A stretch of 64,000 bases of DNA from Octopus sinensis (Eukaryota): contig NC_043005.1 of NCBI RefSeq assembly GCF_006345805.1, positions 61,380,001 to 61,444,000 on the forward strand. Direction: 5' to 3'. The translations under genes were made by a program, and so were the position numbers. Under the pieces are notes generated by a model. The model saw nothing but the letters and a program-made list of their open reading frames with translations, was not told the DNA's origin and ran no database searches. This document shows positions 39,661 through 53,984 of the stretch, one piece after another (within the stretch, counting starts at the first letter, position 1; every line of letters starts with the position of its first letter).

Positions 39661-40376
39661 TATGTAAATAACCCTTTCTACAATAGTCAGAAGGCCTGGA
39701 AATTTGAGGTTTGAGGTAGTCGATTATATTATATCGACTCTATTGCTCTACTGGTATTCAATTATTCTACCCAGAGAGATTGACAGACAACGTCAACCGC
39801 TTAGGAAGCTGGAGTTAAAAAGTAAAGAGGAATGAAAAATCGCAGAGCATGTTGTCTGTCATGCTGACGATTCTGCCAACAAGCTGCTTATGTTGTAAAT
39901 AATGGCAATTAATATGTAATGCTATGTAGTGAAGAAAAAAATCTATATTGCATACACACACACATATTTACGCATGTGCAAATACAAAGATAAACATTCA
40001 TTGACAGTTACTGATACACACAGAGAAACTTCACATATGCAGTTTTATCCTATAATTTGTGACACACACACACACACATATATATATACAATAATGAATT
40101 GCAACATGAAGTTGATGATGTCTTTTTTTTTTGACGCTAAGAAAATTACGATAATGAATAATTAAAACAAAATTTGCTTCAAGACACAAAATAAAACAAT
40201 ATTTTCAATTTACATTTCGTATTTACATTTTATTAAAAACTTAATATATAGTGATTATAAATTCTTTGTAATATGATATTTAAATACTTTCATACATAAT
40301 TTCTCAAATTCTAGATTTATGCAGGAACATTCAAATACACACGTATACGCAACTCATATACATACATACATACATA

Positions 40377-40897
40377 TCGTAAATGTTCCAGTATAGTGCG
40401 CCCTTGAGTATAATACGCAGGGGATTTTTAGGTGGCTGTACCTCTGAAAAACCTAAACCTTGTGTATAATACGCACCCCTTCTCTAACTTGAGTCGTGCG
40501 TAATTAAACCAGCAGCACCTAGTCGAACAGACACTTTCGCGCATACGTAATACAATAATGGGGATGTTCTTAACTGTTATATGGGAATGTAAATATGTTT
40601 GCAAATTGTTTTTGTTACATGTTATTCTGTGTTCTGAATACTTCTATTGTAATAAATGTTGCTTACTGCAAGTTAAGGATGATTCTTTTAAGACTTCATT
40701 GCTTTCAAGCTTAGCTTAAGGTATTTTCGCTCCCGACTTCACAAAATGCGTCTGAATAAACATTGCCAGACAGGAAATAGAGACTCGGACATTGCTTAGA
40801 AAATAATTTTCATTTTTAACTTCGTACATAGTACGTACTAGGAATTTTGACCTTTAAATTTGGGGGAAAAATGCGGATTATATTCGAGGATTTACGG
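40377..40897. mobile_element. Tc1/mariner-superfamily (Tc2/pogo-like) MITE
   Basis: Imperfect terminal inverted repeats ta|tcgtaaatgttccagtatagtgcgc and gcggattatattcgaggatttacgg|ta, with TA on both sides. Confidence 0.65.
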
Positions 40898-43089
40898 TAC
40901 ATACATACACACGCATACATGCAACACGTGCTAATCATAAATGCACATATATGTATGAACAGAGAGGCGGTTAGCAGTCCCCTTGACAGGGATGGAAGAG
41001 ATCATGCGATCTTTCTAACACGCATGCGCATTAGTTTCTACTTCCGAACAACCTGTTCTTTATAGGTATAAGTGTATGATACGAAGCTTGTTGCCCAACT
41101 ATGTTGTCGTTGTCTTGGATTCAGCTCCATGCACGGCAACTTCGGCAAGTGTTTCCCACTATAGCCCCAGGCCGAGCAAACCTTGTGAATGGGTAGCATA
41201 TGTGCATACGTGTATGTGCGTATCCACGTATGGATCTTTGTGATTGTGTTTGACTTCCCATCACCACTTGAAAACAGATTTTGGTTAATTTACCCCCTGT
41301 AACCAAGCGGTTCGGTATAATGAAACCGATAGAATGAGCTGCATGTACCGTTTGTTCTTGACCCCCACTTCTAGGTGAATGACGCCTTTTTACCAATCAG
41401 GCAACAACCCATCAAGCATGGGTCTGTTTGGATAGTCGTTGCTGGTGAGGAATTCACAAGGTCGGAGTGCAAATTCTACCTCAACCTCTTTTACGATACG
41501 CAGAGGAAACGTTGCATCTATTCTTTAACATACATGACACAGTATAAATATGTTTTCATAACCATTTCCGTATTGCTAGGGTACTTATTAATGCACAAAT
41601 ATACATACATACGCACGCAAATATGTGCAAGTATCTGTTTTCGTGTGTGTAAATGTAGGCTCAGCTTGGGTAAAAGTTTAATAAATTCACTTCGCAACAA
41701 CAGGCTCTCAGATTCAATCTTAGTCGCGGTAGCTTAATCAAATGTTGTTTTCTATATCCTCAGTCAGCCCATGCTTGTAAAAAATTCGATAATCTTAAAC
41801 TGTATAGAAACTATAGGGAAGATTGTACCAGTTATTCTGGAAGTACGTCCTTGTCACTCTCAAACTCGCATATTATGTCTAAGATTTGTAGAATACTCAG
41901 TCACTAATGCATTAGTTTCATGGGCAGGTGATTCATTTTATCGAATAAAGGAGCTCCCATCTTAAAGCGGCGGAGATCTGCAATATCTGATGACATTTCT
42001 TATCTAAAATATCTCAAGAGCGTTTGGATTCTGAGGTAAGCAATCGGCGTGATGAGCAAAGCCGTATTTCGGCTGCTCTTGTTCCGCATCTACTTAGGCA
42101 CTACCTTCCCATTTCTATCTCCCAATTCTCCCTACCATATTAATGCTTCCCAATTTTTGCAGCTAACGATTTCGCGCAACTCTTCATCTCGAAAAACATA
42201 TCTACTATCAAATATATTTCATTTAATTCATGTTTTTCTGACATCTATTAAAAGAGACATTAACATCGTTGGCCTTACAGTCCTATAATCTCTACAACTC
42301 GCATGACAATTTATTCCTCCAAGCGCAACCATTTTGAACAATGCGGCAGTTTTGATAGAACAAATACTGCCGATTCTTCCACTCTGAGTACGATATATCC
42401 AAGTCACCGACTGCAGTAGTTTTCAGCGGAGATGAAAATTCTATAGTATTCATTATTATATGTCCAATATATTACGAGTGAGAAATAACAAGTATTTCAT
42501 CCAACAATTATTCTTTATCAATAAGAAAAAAATAATGCTGAAAATATTTAGCTTATGTACTAAATAATTTTATTTTTCATTACTTATTTAATTAATTTCA
42601 CAATTAAAGAACAGGGATACCGATATGAAAGCAAAAATTAAAATGTGTACATTGTATACTTTGTAATTTTTCCTGATTCTACATTTTATCGTTTCTTTAG
42701 AAAAAATTCAAACCATGAAATTGAATCAAAAATAGTTTGTAACTATTGTTTAGGAAAACAAAACTATTCTTAAAGCAATTAACTCTTCCACCCGATTGAA
42801 AATATCAACTGAATTAAATTTGCTTATGGCAAAAGATTATGTTCCCATTCGCATTATTTTATATTTCGATTCTTTATTTTATTCAATAACCAGTAAACAT
42901 GTGACAAATATTTGCAAATATTTTATTTAATTTTTGTTTTGTTTTTGCAACAGATAACTAATTCCAAGATTGAATACAATGCCACGAAGCAAAGACTAAA
43001 GAATAACAATAACACGAATAAACACAAACCAGTAAACATAATTAGTGTTATCTTTTTGCTGTTGTTATCATTTCAAAAACTGTACAGTA

Positions 43090-43270
43090 GCAATCGATGA
43101 TAGCAACGTAGCAAGCATTGACGCACAAACAGAAACAATGAAATGTGGCGGGGGAAGTACTGAATAATATTTTGCAAATGCTATCTACGTCCATTATATT
43201 AAAAACGTTGTAGAACAGGTTGCAGCAGAAGTGGTGAGAGTATGATAAAGTTATCTTCGTATTTTTCAAC
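43090..43270 (+). pseudogene. Decayed LINE (RTE-like) RT N-terminal remnant
   Basis: With one frameshift it reads SIDAQTETMKCGGEVLNNILQML...QKW, similar to the G.D.I.AEMLK.GG..L...L..L....EW motif. Contains stops. Confidence 0.4.
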
Positions 43271-45358
43271 ATCAAATGTTTTTAATGCATACTTTCATTT
43301 CTATACTTCTAAAAACATTTATTTCGTTCCGAAAATGGCATTTCTGTCTCTGTAACAGACAATATGTTAAAATTGATAAAATTGTGGTATAATGTAAATA
43401 CTGAAACAATGTATACGAAATAAATACAATATGGTTAAATAACTATAGTCAAAAAATAGAGAAGAGACTAAGAACACTATATAAATTGTGTAGAGAAATA
43501 TTAGTAGCATACGGTAAATATAGTAAACAATGAACTAACATACAACTTCTTGGCATATATTTGTGAGTTTCAATTGATTTTTAGTCGTAGAAACACTACA
43601 ATAAAATGTTATATCCAGGAAGTACACCAAGAGAAAATCAGTTTGGTACAACGTATATGGTACAACATGGCTGACTCACAACTGTTTGCTCAGGCCTGGC
43701 CTTCATCAAGAGGTTCGATTTCTGAACCTACTGAGATATGATTCGTTTGGCAAGCGCCTTCTACTTAAGACTCCGGTTTCGCAAAGCTTGGCGAGTAACA
43801 AATTAAGATCATCGAATAATCTTCATTTGTTTGTGGTTGGTAGATGTTATTCGTCATACGGCTTCACAGCAATAATTTGCCATTGAGTACCTTTGTGGTG
43901 TTGCTGACACTATTGAAACTTTTCGAGCCATATATCGGCCTAACTCTTGCGCTTCTTCAGATTTAACTTCAACTAAATTGTCTTACAATCAGCAGAAATT
44001 GGCTCAGGGGCGGGAGAAAAATAAGATTGTAACAATACACAATAACATTACGCTATTTTAACCTTTAAATTTTACTTTACTTGAGCAGATAACACTGTGT
44101 AATACGATTTCTGTAAAATGACTAATATTTCGTTCAAAGTTTGCTGTTACATTTATTTAAACACCAAAGAATCTCTTTCAACACCGTGATCAGAGATGCA
44201 CATATTGTAAGCCACTCAGGGATAAGCTTAAGTGGTTAACTTCAAGCAACTGACAAGCAAATCTGTGATCTTGAGCAGAATATTTGCTTTCTCAATATTC
44301 CTTCTACGGCAACTCTGTGGTGGATCTATCTAAAATGACATGGAAATAAGGCCAGTTGATGTCTATGTCATAAAAGCGAAATTTGATGGAAAATTTGATG
44401 TGGATAGTAGTCATTTCCTCTGATTTCTCGATAGAAACAAATAGGAAATAACACTTACTGACCAAAGACAAAAACACTTAAAATTTAGTTAAGGTGTAAT
44501 TAGGGCTAGTGGGTTTTTTTTTAATTATTGGATAAATCAGCAGGATAGTTTACCACTGGCATAGAGTATTTATATATTATCCATCCCGGATTTATGCTCT
44601 TTAAATTCTCTTTTTTATTCTCTCTCTCTCTCTCTCTCTCTCTCCGAACACATACACACACACATGCACTCACACATATACATATTATGTATAGGTGTAT
44701 GTCTGTGTGTGTGCGTGCATGTGTGTTTATATATATATATATATTCTTTTACTCTTTTACTTGTTTCAGTCATTTGACTGCGGCCATGCTGTTGCACCAC
44801 CTTTAGCCGAACAAATCATCATCAGGACTTATTGTTTGTAAGCCTAGTAATTTTTTTATCGGTCTCTTTTATTGAAATACACCAACACTGGTTGTCAAGC
44901 GCTGGTGGGGGACAAACACAGACACACAAAAATATACATACATATACACACACACATACATACATATATATATAATCAAAATAAGCAACAAGGATATCCA
45001 GATATAGTGCACTACGATCATTTCAAGCAAGTCCAACGCAAATCATAACATCTATTTAAATGCAGAGCAATCCTCAACTGCATAATGACATAGAATTTAA
45101 TTAAATTAAAACAGATGGACGCATTAGTATAATATAATTTAACCTAAAATCTCCAAGAAGGTAAGGAGCTACACAGTAAACATACTGTCTTCACTTCAGC
45201 TTAGAAGTGGAATTGCTTGAAAAGATCGTACTGCATTACCTCTAGATGTCCTTGTTGGTTACTTTGATTTTAATCACCTTATTTTGAAATTGTATGCTTA
45301 ATACCGTACTGAATTCCGGTGCCTCAACTTCAGTGCCTTATTCATCTGAATCTATCTA

Positions 45359-45416
<58 letters not shown>

Positions 45417-45534
45417 ATATAAATGTAAAATAATTAGGGTGAAAAATTGAATATTAATTTGATCAATATCAATTAAAACCAGTGATCTAGCATATAGAAA
45501 AAAGATTCAGAAAAATTATATTACATACATACGA

Positions 45535-45677
45535 GAGAGATGACCATTAAGTGGACATCCATTATACTAGAAATCGACCCCTATGATCTTACGATTTTAG
45601 AACATTCCTTTCTTAGTGGTAAGACCATAGGGGGTCGACTTCTAGCATAATGGATTTCCACTTAGTGGTTATCCCTG
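45535..45677. mobile_element. Short fold-back MITE with about 50-60-bp TIRs
   Basis: 45543-45592 accattaagtggacatccattatactagaaatcgacccctatgatcttac pairs with 45619-45669 gtaagaccatagggggtcgacttctagcataatggatttccacttagtggt, with a few substitutions and a 1-nt indel. Confidence 0.85.
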
Positions 45678-45893
45678 TTATATGTATGCAATGTATATAT
45701 ATATATATATATATATATACCACCAAACCTCCGAATCTTAGAAACAATGTGTTAGTGTTATCCTAGCCTAATACGATTATGAGGTCAATCAAGTAATAAA
45801 AAATATTTGCAATCACCTTAGGCTATGAACCCACAAACAGTTTCGATCATACGACGATGAAGGCCTACTTACAACATGATATAATATATATAT

Positions 45894-45981
<88 letters not shown>

Positions 45982-46184
45982 AAATATTGGTTGTAAATTC
46001 TGGTACAAGGCCATCGATTTTGGAGGAAGCTAGTAAGTCGATTACGTCAACCACAGTGCTTAACTGGTGTTTATTTTATCGACCCGAAATGATAAAAAGT
46101 AAAGTCGACCTCGGTACAATTCATATATGTGTAATCATACACTCGTATATGTGTTCACATGCTCGTGCATGCACATAGACACGT

Positions 46185-46320
46185 ATGTATGCATGTATGT
46201 ATGTATGTATGTATGTATGTATGCATGCATGCATGCATGCATGTATGTATGTATGTATGTATGTATGTATGTATGTATGTATGTATGTATGTATGTATGT
46301 ATGTATGCATGCATGTATGT
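46185..46320. repeat. (TATG)n/(CATG)n tetranucleotide array
   Basis: Direct reading. Confidence 0.95.
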
Positions 46321-47469
46321 ATTTCTCACTGATGTATATCGGCGATGAATATATGCAACCATGAGTGAGCCTACTACCTCCCGAATGAAGCTTCTGAGCC
46401 ACTCCAAGTTATAGACTCTCACTCATCACTTCTACCGTCAGAAATTTATTGAACCGTGAATTACCCCGTTAGAAATGCGTAACCAACCATACTAATTTTC
46501 ACAAATAGCGACATAAATAAATAAATGTTAATCATATAGCTTATTGTATACTGATATGTATTCCGCTGAATGATTATACTAGATAATTATAACATAATTA
46601 CATTGTATAGTTCTAATAATTAGATATTCTTTACAATCACTCTAGCAATCAGTTGATGACAATTACAACCTTTATTTCACGAAAGTTTTGTTAATTATAT
46701 ATCATTCTTGTGCTGGCTTATGACAAAATGCTGTAATTATTTTATGAGTAGAATTATCTCAGAAATCGCTGTCATAGACAGTGGTTTGAACTCTTAGTTG
46801 ATGAGGTTGTTCAATTGTATATTAACACAGGTATGAGATACGCGAGAATCTACTAATAATATAACGATTTGGTAATATGTAATGCCGTGGTGTCGAATAT
46901 TATTTTATTTCTCTTTTCTTCTTCTCACACAAAAGTAAATAGCATGTAACATTAGATATTTCATTCCTCATAGCATTCGAAGTCATCAAATTTTTAGAAA
47001 TTTTTCTATGGATAAATTGTTACTGACGCAGATTATCAGTGGCTACATTTCTCCAGATTCCAGGTTTTACTGTATTTAACTCCTGTCGTACATATATCTA
47101 TTGTATCATATAGGTGTCAAAGTAGCAAGCTTAAGTTATGTGAATAGTTAACACACAGGACAAAATGCATAACAACATCTCTTCAAGCTTTACTTTCTGA
47201 GTTCAAATTTCACCCAGGTCGGTTTTAATTATCATCATTTCGGAGCCGATTAAATATACATCTGCCTACTGTGGAAAGAATTATTTTTGGGTGTGTATCT
47301 CCTTAAAAATATATATATATATACATGTTCACAATTTTCTTAAACGAGGATTCAACACAGTAATTAGTAATCTAAAATTAAATACTAAGATCCCTTTCAC
47401 TCAATCTTCTTCCGTCAGCCAGTAGATTGATGGTCTATTTTGCTAGTTCACTACACTTGTAATAAATAT

Positions 47470-47910
47470 TGGTTTCAAATATTGGCACAAGACCAGCAGT
47501 TACAGTGGAAGGTATAAGTCGATTACATTGACCCCATGGCTTAACTGGCAGTTCTTTTATCGACCCTGAAAGGATGAAAGGCAAAGTCGACCCCTGCGGC
47601 ATTTGAACTCCGGACGTAAAGATGGGTGAAATAACGCTGAACATTTTGTTCGGCGCGTTAAACGATTCTGCCACCTCGCCGCCTTACTCTCGTTATCAAT
47701 ATTGGCTTGAAATGTTGGCACAAAGCCAGCAATTTCTGAGGGTGATTAGTCGATTAAATCGACGCCAGTAATCAACTGGTACTTATTTTATCGATCACGA
47801 AAGGATGAAACGTCGACCTCAATGAAATTTAAAGTCACAACGGGAAGACGGAGGAGATGTCGCTAAGCATTTCGCCCCGCAAGCTAACAATTCTGCTAGT
47901 GCGCCACCTT
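47470..47910 (-). mobile_element. Two adjacent SINE family A copies (tail type B)
   Basis: Each has ggcacaa..ccagca tail, gtcgatta.atcgac hairpin, atcga..cgaaaggatgaaa core and its own head. About 47470-47690 and 47700-47910. Confidence 0.8.
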
Positions 47911-48131
47911 TAGCCCTTGTTATATATATTGATATCTTTTTAGATACAAACAAAGCTTCATGTGGATTGCTTCATATTGACTAAATATACTTTAATATAA
48001 AACTGGTATTTATTATACTGACGAAGGTCAATTATAATTGACACTATATTTGGAGTTCCCTGCATGTAACTATTCTGATATAGCCTGTTTCTATTCTGCC
48101 ACCCTATAATTGGTTTCATATGGAATTATGC

Positions 48132-48712
48132 CACATTACTGAGCTATAACATGTTTCTTATTAGAAACCTAACTTCACGGTTTATTGTTATTTTTTTCAC
48201 TCCTCTTATGCTCACTGTAAGAGATTCCATTCTTTGCAATTTGGCATGCTTAATCCACTTCTCCGCGCAGAAGCAAAGTCATTCGTTCTCATATATGTGC
48301 GCCGCTTTCTCTAAATCTATCCCACTCCCTCTACCTCTTTATCTATATGTGTGTTGAGTATATGTAAAATGTATGCAAATGTGTATACGTGTCAAACTCT
48401 GTTTGTTCTTTCTGCAATATGTTCTGCTTCATTTTTCCTGAAGCCGCACAACAAATATTACATATATCCCATCTATCTCAGGAATAGAAACTTTTCGATT
48501 TTATCTGTATTTCCGTGTGCAAATCCATTGCACTTGTATGACACTTTTCAAACTAAAGTTTACTATCATGACTCCAAATCTTTCTCCTCTCTCTCTCTCC
48601 ATATATATATTCATATATATATTCATATATATATTCATATATATATATATATATATATATATACGTCACATTACTGAGCTATAAGCTGTTTCTTGTTAGA
48701 AACCTAACTTCA
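48132..48712 (+). repeat. 46-bp direct repeat; the second copy is embedded in (TA)n
   Basis: 48132-48177 and 48667-48712 match at 43/46 nt (cacattactgagctataa..tgtttctt.ttagaaacctaacttca). Confidence 0.9.
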
Positions 48713-48723
48713 TATATATATAT

Positions 48724-48767
<44 letters not shown>

Positions 48768-51700
48768 ATATATATATACGTATGTATGTGTATATATATG
48801 TCTGCGTATATATACATACATACACACACATATATATGTATATGTATATATTTTTATGTGTAAGTATATATATAGATATATATATGTGAATATATATATA
48901 TATATATATACCTATATATATATGTTATCATCATCATCATTATTATTATTATTACTATTATACATACATACATACATCATACATACATACATACATACAT
49001 ACATACATACATACATACATACATTCATACATACGATTCATAAGGCTTCTCTTGGATTTCAAATCAGCCGTTTTATTATTTTTCATATTTTGTTATTTGG
49101 AAAGAAATGGTATTGAGAAGCAGCTGTTAGAAATTCTTTCCTAATGAAAACTTTGATAAAATCTTCAACATATTTTTGGATTTATTTTGCCAAGTATATT
49201 ATTAAAATTGTTAGAATGTACAAAACTGCCCTGAAATCTCTTTAGAGCCTATTATAGAGATACATTAACAAAGTACAATATTATCTAAATCTAAGTGAGA
49301 CACTCGGTCGCAGGAGGAATATATGAATACTTATTAAAATGAATATTGAATAATAAATAAAGATGCCAGTTGACTGTATTCTTTCACAGTTGTCCTTCAG
49401 GCGTTCGTTGTCATAAGACATAACGATTATGTCGATTTCACTCAAATTAAAACCGCACATCGTGTAACTCCCTTCTATAAGAAGAGTCCGCTTTGTTGCA
49501 CTGAAATTGGGGTGGTTGTCATGCGTTGCTATTTGAAATCAGTTATTTAAGAAAAATATATTATCAATGTGTAGATGTGTTAAGTAGTACAGAATTTGAG
49601 AAATGCAGTATCCCAGTTCGTCCACACGGTTTCAAATGGACTCCTAACTTAATTTGTTCACTATGACAAGTGATTTTTCAGCAGAGAAAGGGATTGGATT
49701 CATACTCTATCTCTTTGAAGATGAAAGCGTAAAGATTTATGATCCTAGTTAATGCTTCAAAACAATTATTTATGTTATACATACAGTTTACTACACTTAC
49801 GAACATAATTCTTGTTGATGTCACCGTCAGTAGTGTTAGTAGTAGTGGTGGTAGTTATATAATAGTCGACCGTCACTGAACAGATACTAAGTATCGTTCC
49901 TGTTCTATATAGCTGTATTAACGAAGAATTGACTACTATTTTTAGAAAACTGAATGTCTATTTAGAGACTCCTTTTCCTAGAGCGAATAATTGTTTATAA
50001 TCATGGCTACTTCTACAGCGTTGTATCTCGAGCTCAAATTTTGTGTAAAGAGATTATCTATGACACCTTTTGTATCGTAAAGACAATGTAATCGATAGTA
50101 TCCTTGAGATCCAATTGCTCTAGGGACTTAACAACTACAATCAATTCACTGAATATCGATTGCATTTCTTTAAAATGCTCGTATATGAAAAATAAACATG
50201 AAAAAATGCTATGCTGTCAAAGGAAAAGCGATACATTGTTTATGCATTGCGCTGTACAGCATACGAAATGTGTTCTTGAAAATGAATTTAAAATAACTTA
50301 GACGTGTGGAAGTCTACGAATGTCATTAGTTTTAGAAAACATATTGAGTTTGTTGTAATAATTTTATTTTTGAGCAAATAAAAATATTATGTCTTTCACT
50401 AATTCTTTCCTCCAGGGACATTCTAATATAAAAATTTCCACTTTGTTATGTATTCCTCACAGGTTTACCCTAGAGATTAAGAATATTCTAATTTTCTTCA
50501 ACCAATTAATTTCAAGAGAGACTTCTGGATGAATCCTAATTCACGTGATTTTAAAATGCACAGAGAAACGTACTTTAAAATAATGCAGGTATAAGAAAGA
50601 AAGAAAGAATGTAATATATAGGGAGAATAGATCTCGCCTAAAACATAAATTTATTAATACAAATAAATACTGCAGTGGAAGGAAGCAAGCGCAAAACAAC
50701 AAACATTTTATGTCTTACAAATAATTTTAAAATTAGAATGTTTTATTTTATTTGAAAGGCAGTTTGAATAACTTATGCAGACCATTCTGGAATAACAAAA
50801 TTGCATGTAACCTTCCAGAAATAATATTTGCAAAGAGATTACTCCCTTGATTCTCATGAATAAAAATTAGTTGAAAACGCTTGTTCTGACGTTTAAAATA
50901 ACTCCGTGTTCATCTTTGAAGATATTCCTTAGAGGCGATCTGTACAACAAAACTAATATAAAATATTGCATCCAAGAAGTGTTCGTCAGAACATTTCATT
51001 GAAATTCTAGGAGTGTAAAACATTGAGACGTTTCAATTCTTAGAATATCGAGTGGGATTTCACAACCATCTATCATAAAAATAACTTGGCTCAGGATGTG
51101 CCTGTTGTTTGTAACTGGATGATCAACGTTGTTTTTCCTATTTCCTGTCTTTACATATTTATTTATGATGTATGAGTCTAATATATTCCCAAGAATGTAG
51201 TATAGTTAGTATTTTGGCAGATGAAGAAGAAACTAAGTTAGGATCTTCAATCATTGAAATAGAGAAGATATTAATTTCCTATTTAGAGAGATAAAGGAGA
51301 CAGGCGACTTGCTGTTTAGAAACTTTTTTTTAAGGAGAAAAATAAAGCAAATTAATAATCCAAAATTATATATTCAATGGAAAATATTCTGAGAATATTG
51401 CACTCCACTTTAAGGTTTCGAAAAAGATGAACGTCATTGATACAATATGGAAAATATTCCATCAGCATTGCCAAATAATTCAGCTTCTACTGAAATGAAA
51501 TTCACAGCACATAAGCACATTACGATTCAGCTGTTTAACTACAACCAATCCTACTTTATTGTTTGCTCCTAAAACATATCAAAACAAAATAGGTCCCATA
51601 ACCTTCAAATCATACTTCGGAAATTTTTTTACGAAAATTAGACGTCTTTCGGTATTTGGTCTTACCATATCATGTACCGGGTTGAAATTTCACAACTGAT

Positions 51701-52291
51701 AACTTCACATGGTATTCTCAACCACTTGCAAGTTGTTAATATACGAGCCAACTCTGGTTTAACCTGAATACATTTCTGATCCACCAAACGTAATATCAAA
51801 CATCATGTCCGATCTGTTATCCATCATTTAAAATTATATTTTCTTTTGAATTTTGTATGACAGTAGGGTTGCCATATGAGAACGATTTCGTTGGGTTGGT
51901 CTAGTTGTAAATGCATCTTAAGCTTCCTTATTCTACATATTCTGCATCCAACATATTCAACATCGGAATATGTTTCGATCACCTACAGCATACTATTTTT
52001 CAGATATTAAATCGCAAACATTAAATTAGGGGAGGCGCATAGCTTAGTGGTTATTGTGTTGGACTCATGATCGTAACATTGTGGTTTCCATTACTGGACA
52101 GGTGACGCGTTGTGTTCTTGAGCAAAACACTTTATTTCACGTTTCTCCAATCCACTCAGCTGGTAAAATTGAGTAATCCTGCGACGGACCGGCGTCCCGT
52201 CCAAATGGGGAGTATATACATCGGAAAACTGGCCCTTATGAGTAGATATAATTCGAGAAGGTAATTTTACTTTTTACCTCAATACTGAATT

Positions 52292-52326
<35 letters not shown>

Positions 52327-53724
52327 GCTTGTGTGTGTGTGTGTGTATATATATATGTATGTATGTATATACGACGAGTTCTTTCAGTCTCCGTCTACCA
52401 AATCTGCCAATGCTTTGGTCGTCCCGAGGGTATAGTAAAAGACACTTGCACAAGTTGTTATGCAGTGAGACTGAACCCGGAATCTTATGGTTGGGAAGCA
52501 AGCTTCTTACCAAACAGCCACGCTTGCACCTATAGAAATATATTTGAGTACATATAATATTGATAGAGTTACTCACCTATCTCTCTTTATGATATGTAGA
52601 TGTCTGTTCTCAGAATTTCAGCATTTCGCATCAAAATAATCTCATACTGTTCTTGCTTGTAGGGCTGAATATTATATTTGATACATTATTCTTTAAACCA
52701 TAGCTTTCTCTTAGGTATCCTGGACATCATTTGTTAATGATAAAGATTTTTAATACATATTAGCATTTACCTGTTGAGCTATGTATTAAGAGGTGAAAAT
52801 CCGGAGTCCAAAAAGATTAGTGATAGTGTATGTTGGCAACAAAATCCTATGGTGAGAAAAAGAATCGGATGTTCACGGATTGACCCTTAGTATGTGAAAT
52901 GAAAATAATGTTTTCTATTTCAGTCGAAGGATTAATTACAAAAAGTTTAATTCCTGCCCCTTTTTGCCCAAAACAAACTTCACAACTTCTCAGTAGTTCT
53001 AACATTTACTTTATCTTTAATTGCAATAACTTAAATTCACCTGCAGGCTATATTTGTATGATATTTGATAATTACTTTAGTTCTATATTCAGATATCTTT
53101 TGTTAATGTACGTATCCTTAGACAAACTATTGTTGATCGATCTTTTTCAGATAATTTCTCAAATTTACATTTATACTATTTAATACAAGTATCGTTCTTG
53201 CAATATTTACATCTACATTATTATCTAATGTATGTATCCAACTGTTCTTTTCTGCGCGTGTATAATTAACCACTGTTATCTATTATCAAGTTTGGGCAAC
53301 CAGCTGTTTTGACATGTATATACAGTCTGTGTTATATATTTATTATCCAGTATAAGTATCCTGCTGTTTTATTCTGTCTTTGTATAAACTATTCCGTGTA
53401 AACTGATAATGAATATTCTATAGCGATCAATTGTCTCTCGAAAGAACTTATGTATACATGCAGCAATTTTAATCAGCAGATATTTACAGAAAGAATTTGT
53501 AGTGTTTAATGTTGGGCTTTAGACTCGTCTTGCATCTTAAACACATTGCAGTAGTTTCAGCCTGCAGGTATTTACATGGTTTTCTCGTAGAGTCTGATGT
53601 ATAGGCACAAGTCTCCTGTAGTAACTTTTGTTCCTTGAAACTTTTTAACTCACCAAATATTTACAAAATAGTTATTTTTGTAATGTTTGATATAGTGTCA
53701 TACATAGCCCCTCATAATAAAAAG

Positions 53725-53926
53725 GAGTACTGGTAGAATGTCCTAGTGAAGACCTCAATAAAATGTATGCACAACAGACCAGATATAATGATTTGGGATA
53801 AGAAGAGAAACTGTGCACAGTTGTGGAAATTAGCTGCCCAGCGTATGTTAACATAAAGCTGAAGATCGGTGAAAAGGAGAATACCTACCATTGAGAAATA
53901 TGCAGTTAATTTATCCAGATTACAAG

Positions 53927-53930
<4 letters not shown>
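53725..53930 (+). pseudogene. Decayed restriction-like endonuclease (RLE) domain of an R4/Dong/NeSL/R2-type non-LTR element
   Basis: With one stop and one frameshift: EYW*NVLVKTSIKCMHNRPDIMIWDK.EKLCTVVEISCPAYVNIKLKIGEKENTY. This is the RPDI...VEISCP...N...K..EK...Y (PD..D/E) signature; RPDI at 53776-53787. Confidence 0.75.

Positions 53931-53984
<54 letters not shown>

Noticed and set aside
41990-42430. Possible CR1/Jockey-like RT N-terminal relic; similar weak hints at 24788-25027, 34880-34990, 51300-52000 and 54960-55260
   Set aside because: Motif matches are too short and degenerate to call by eye. tBLASTn against TE protein libraries would be needed.
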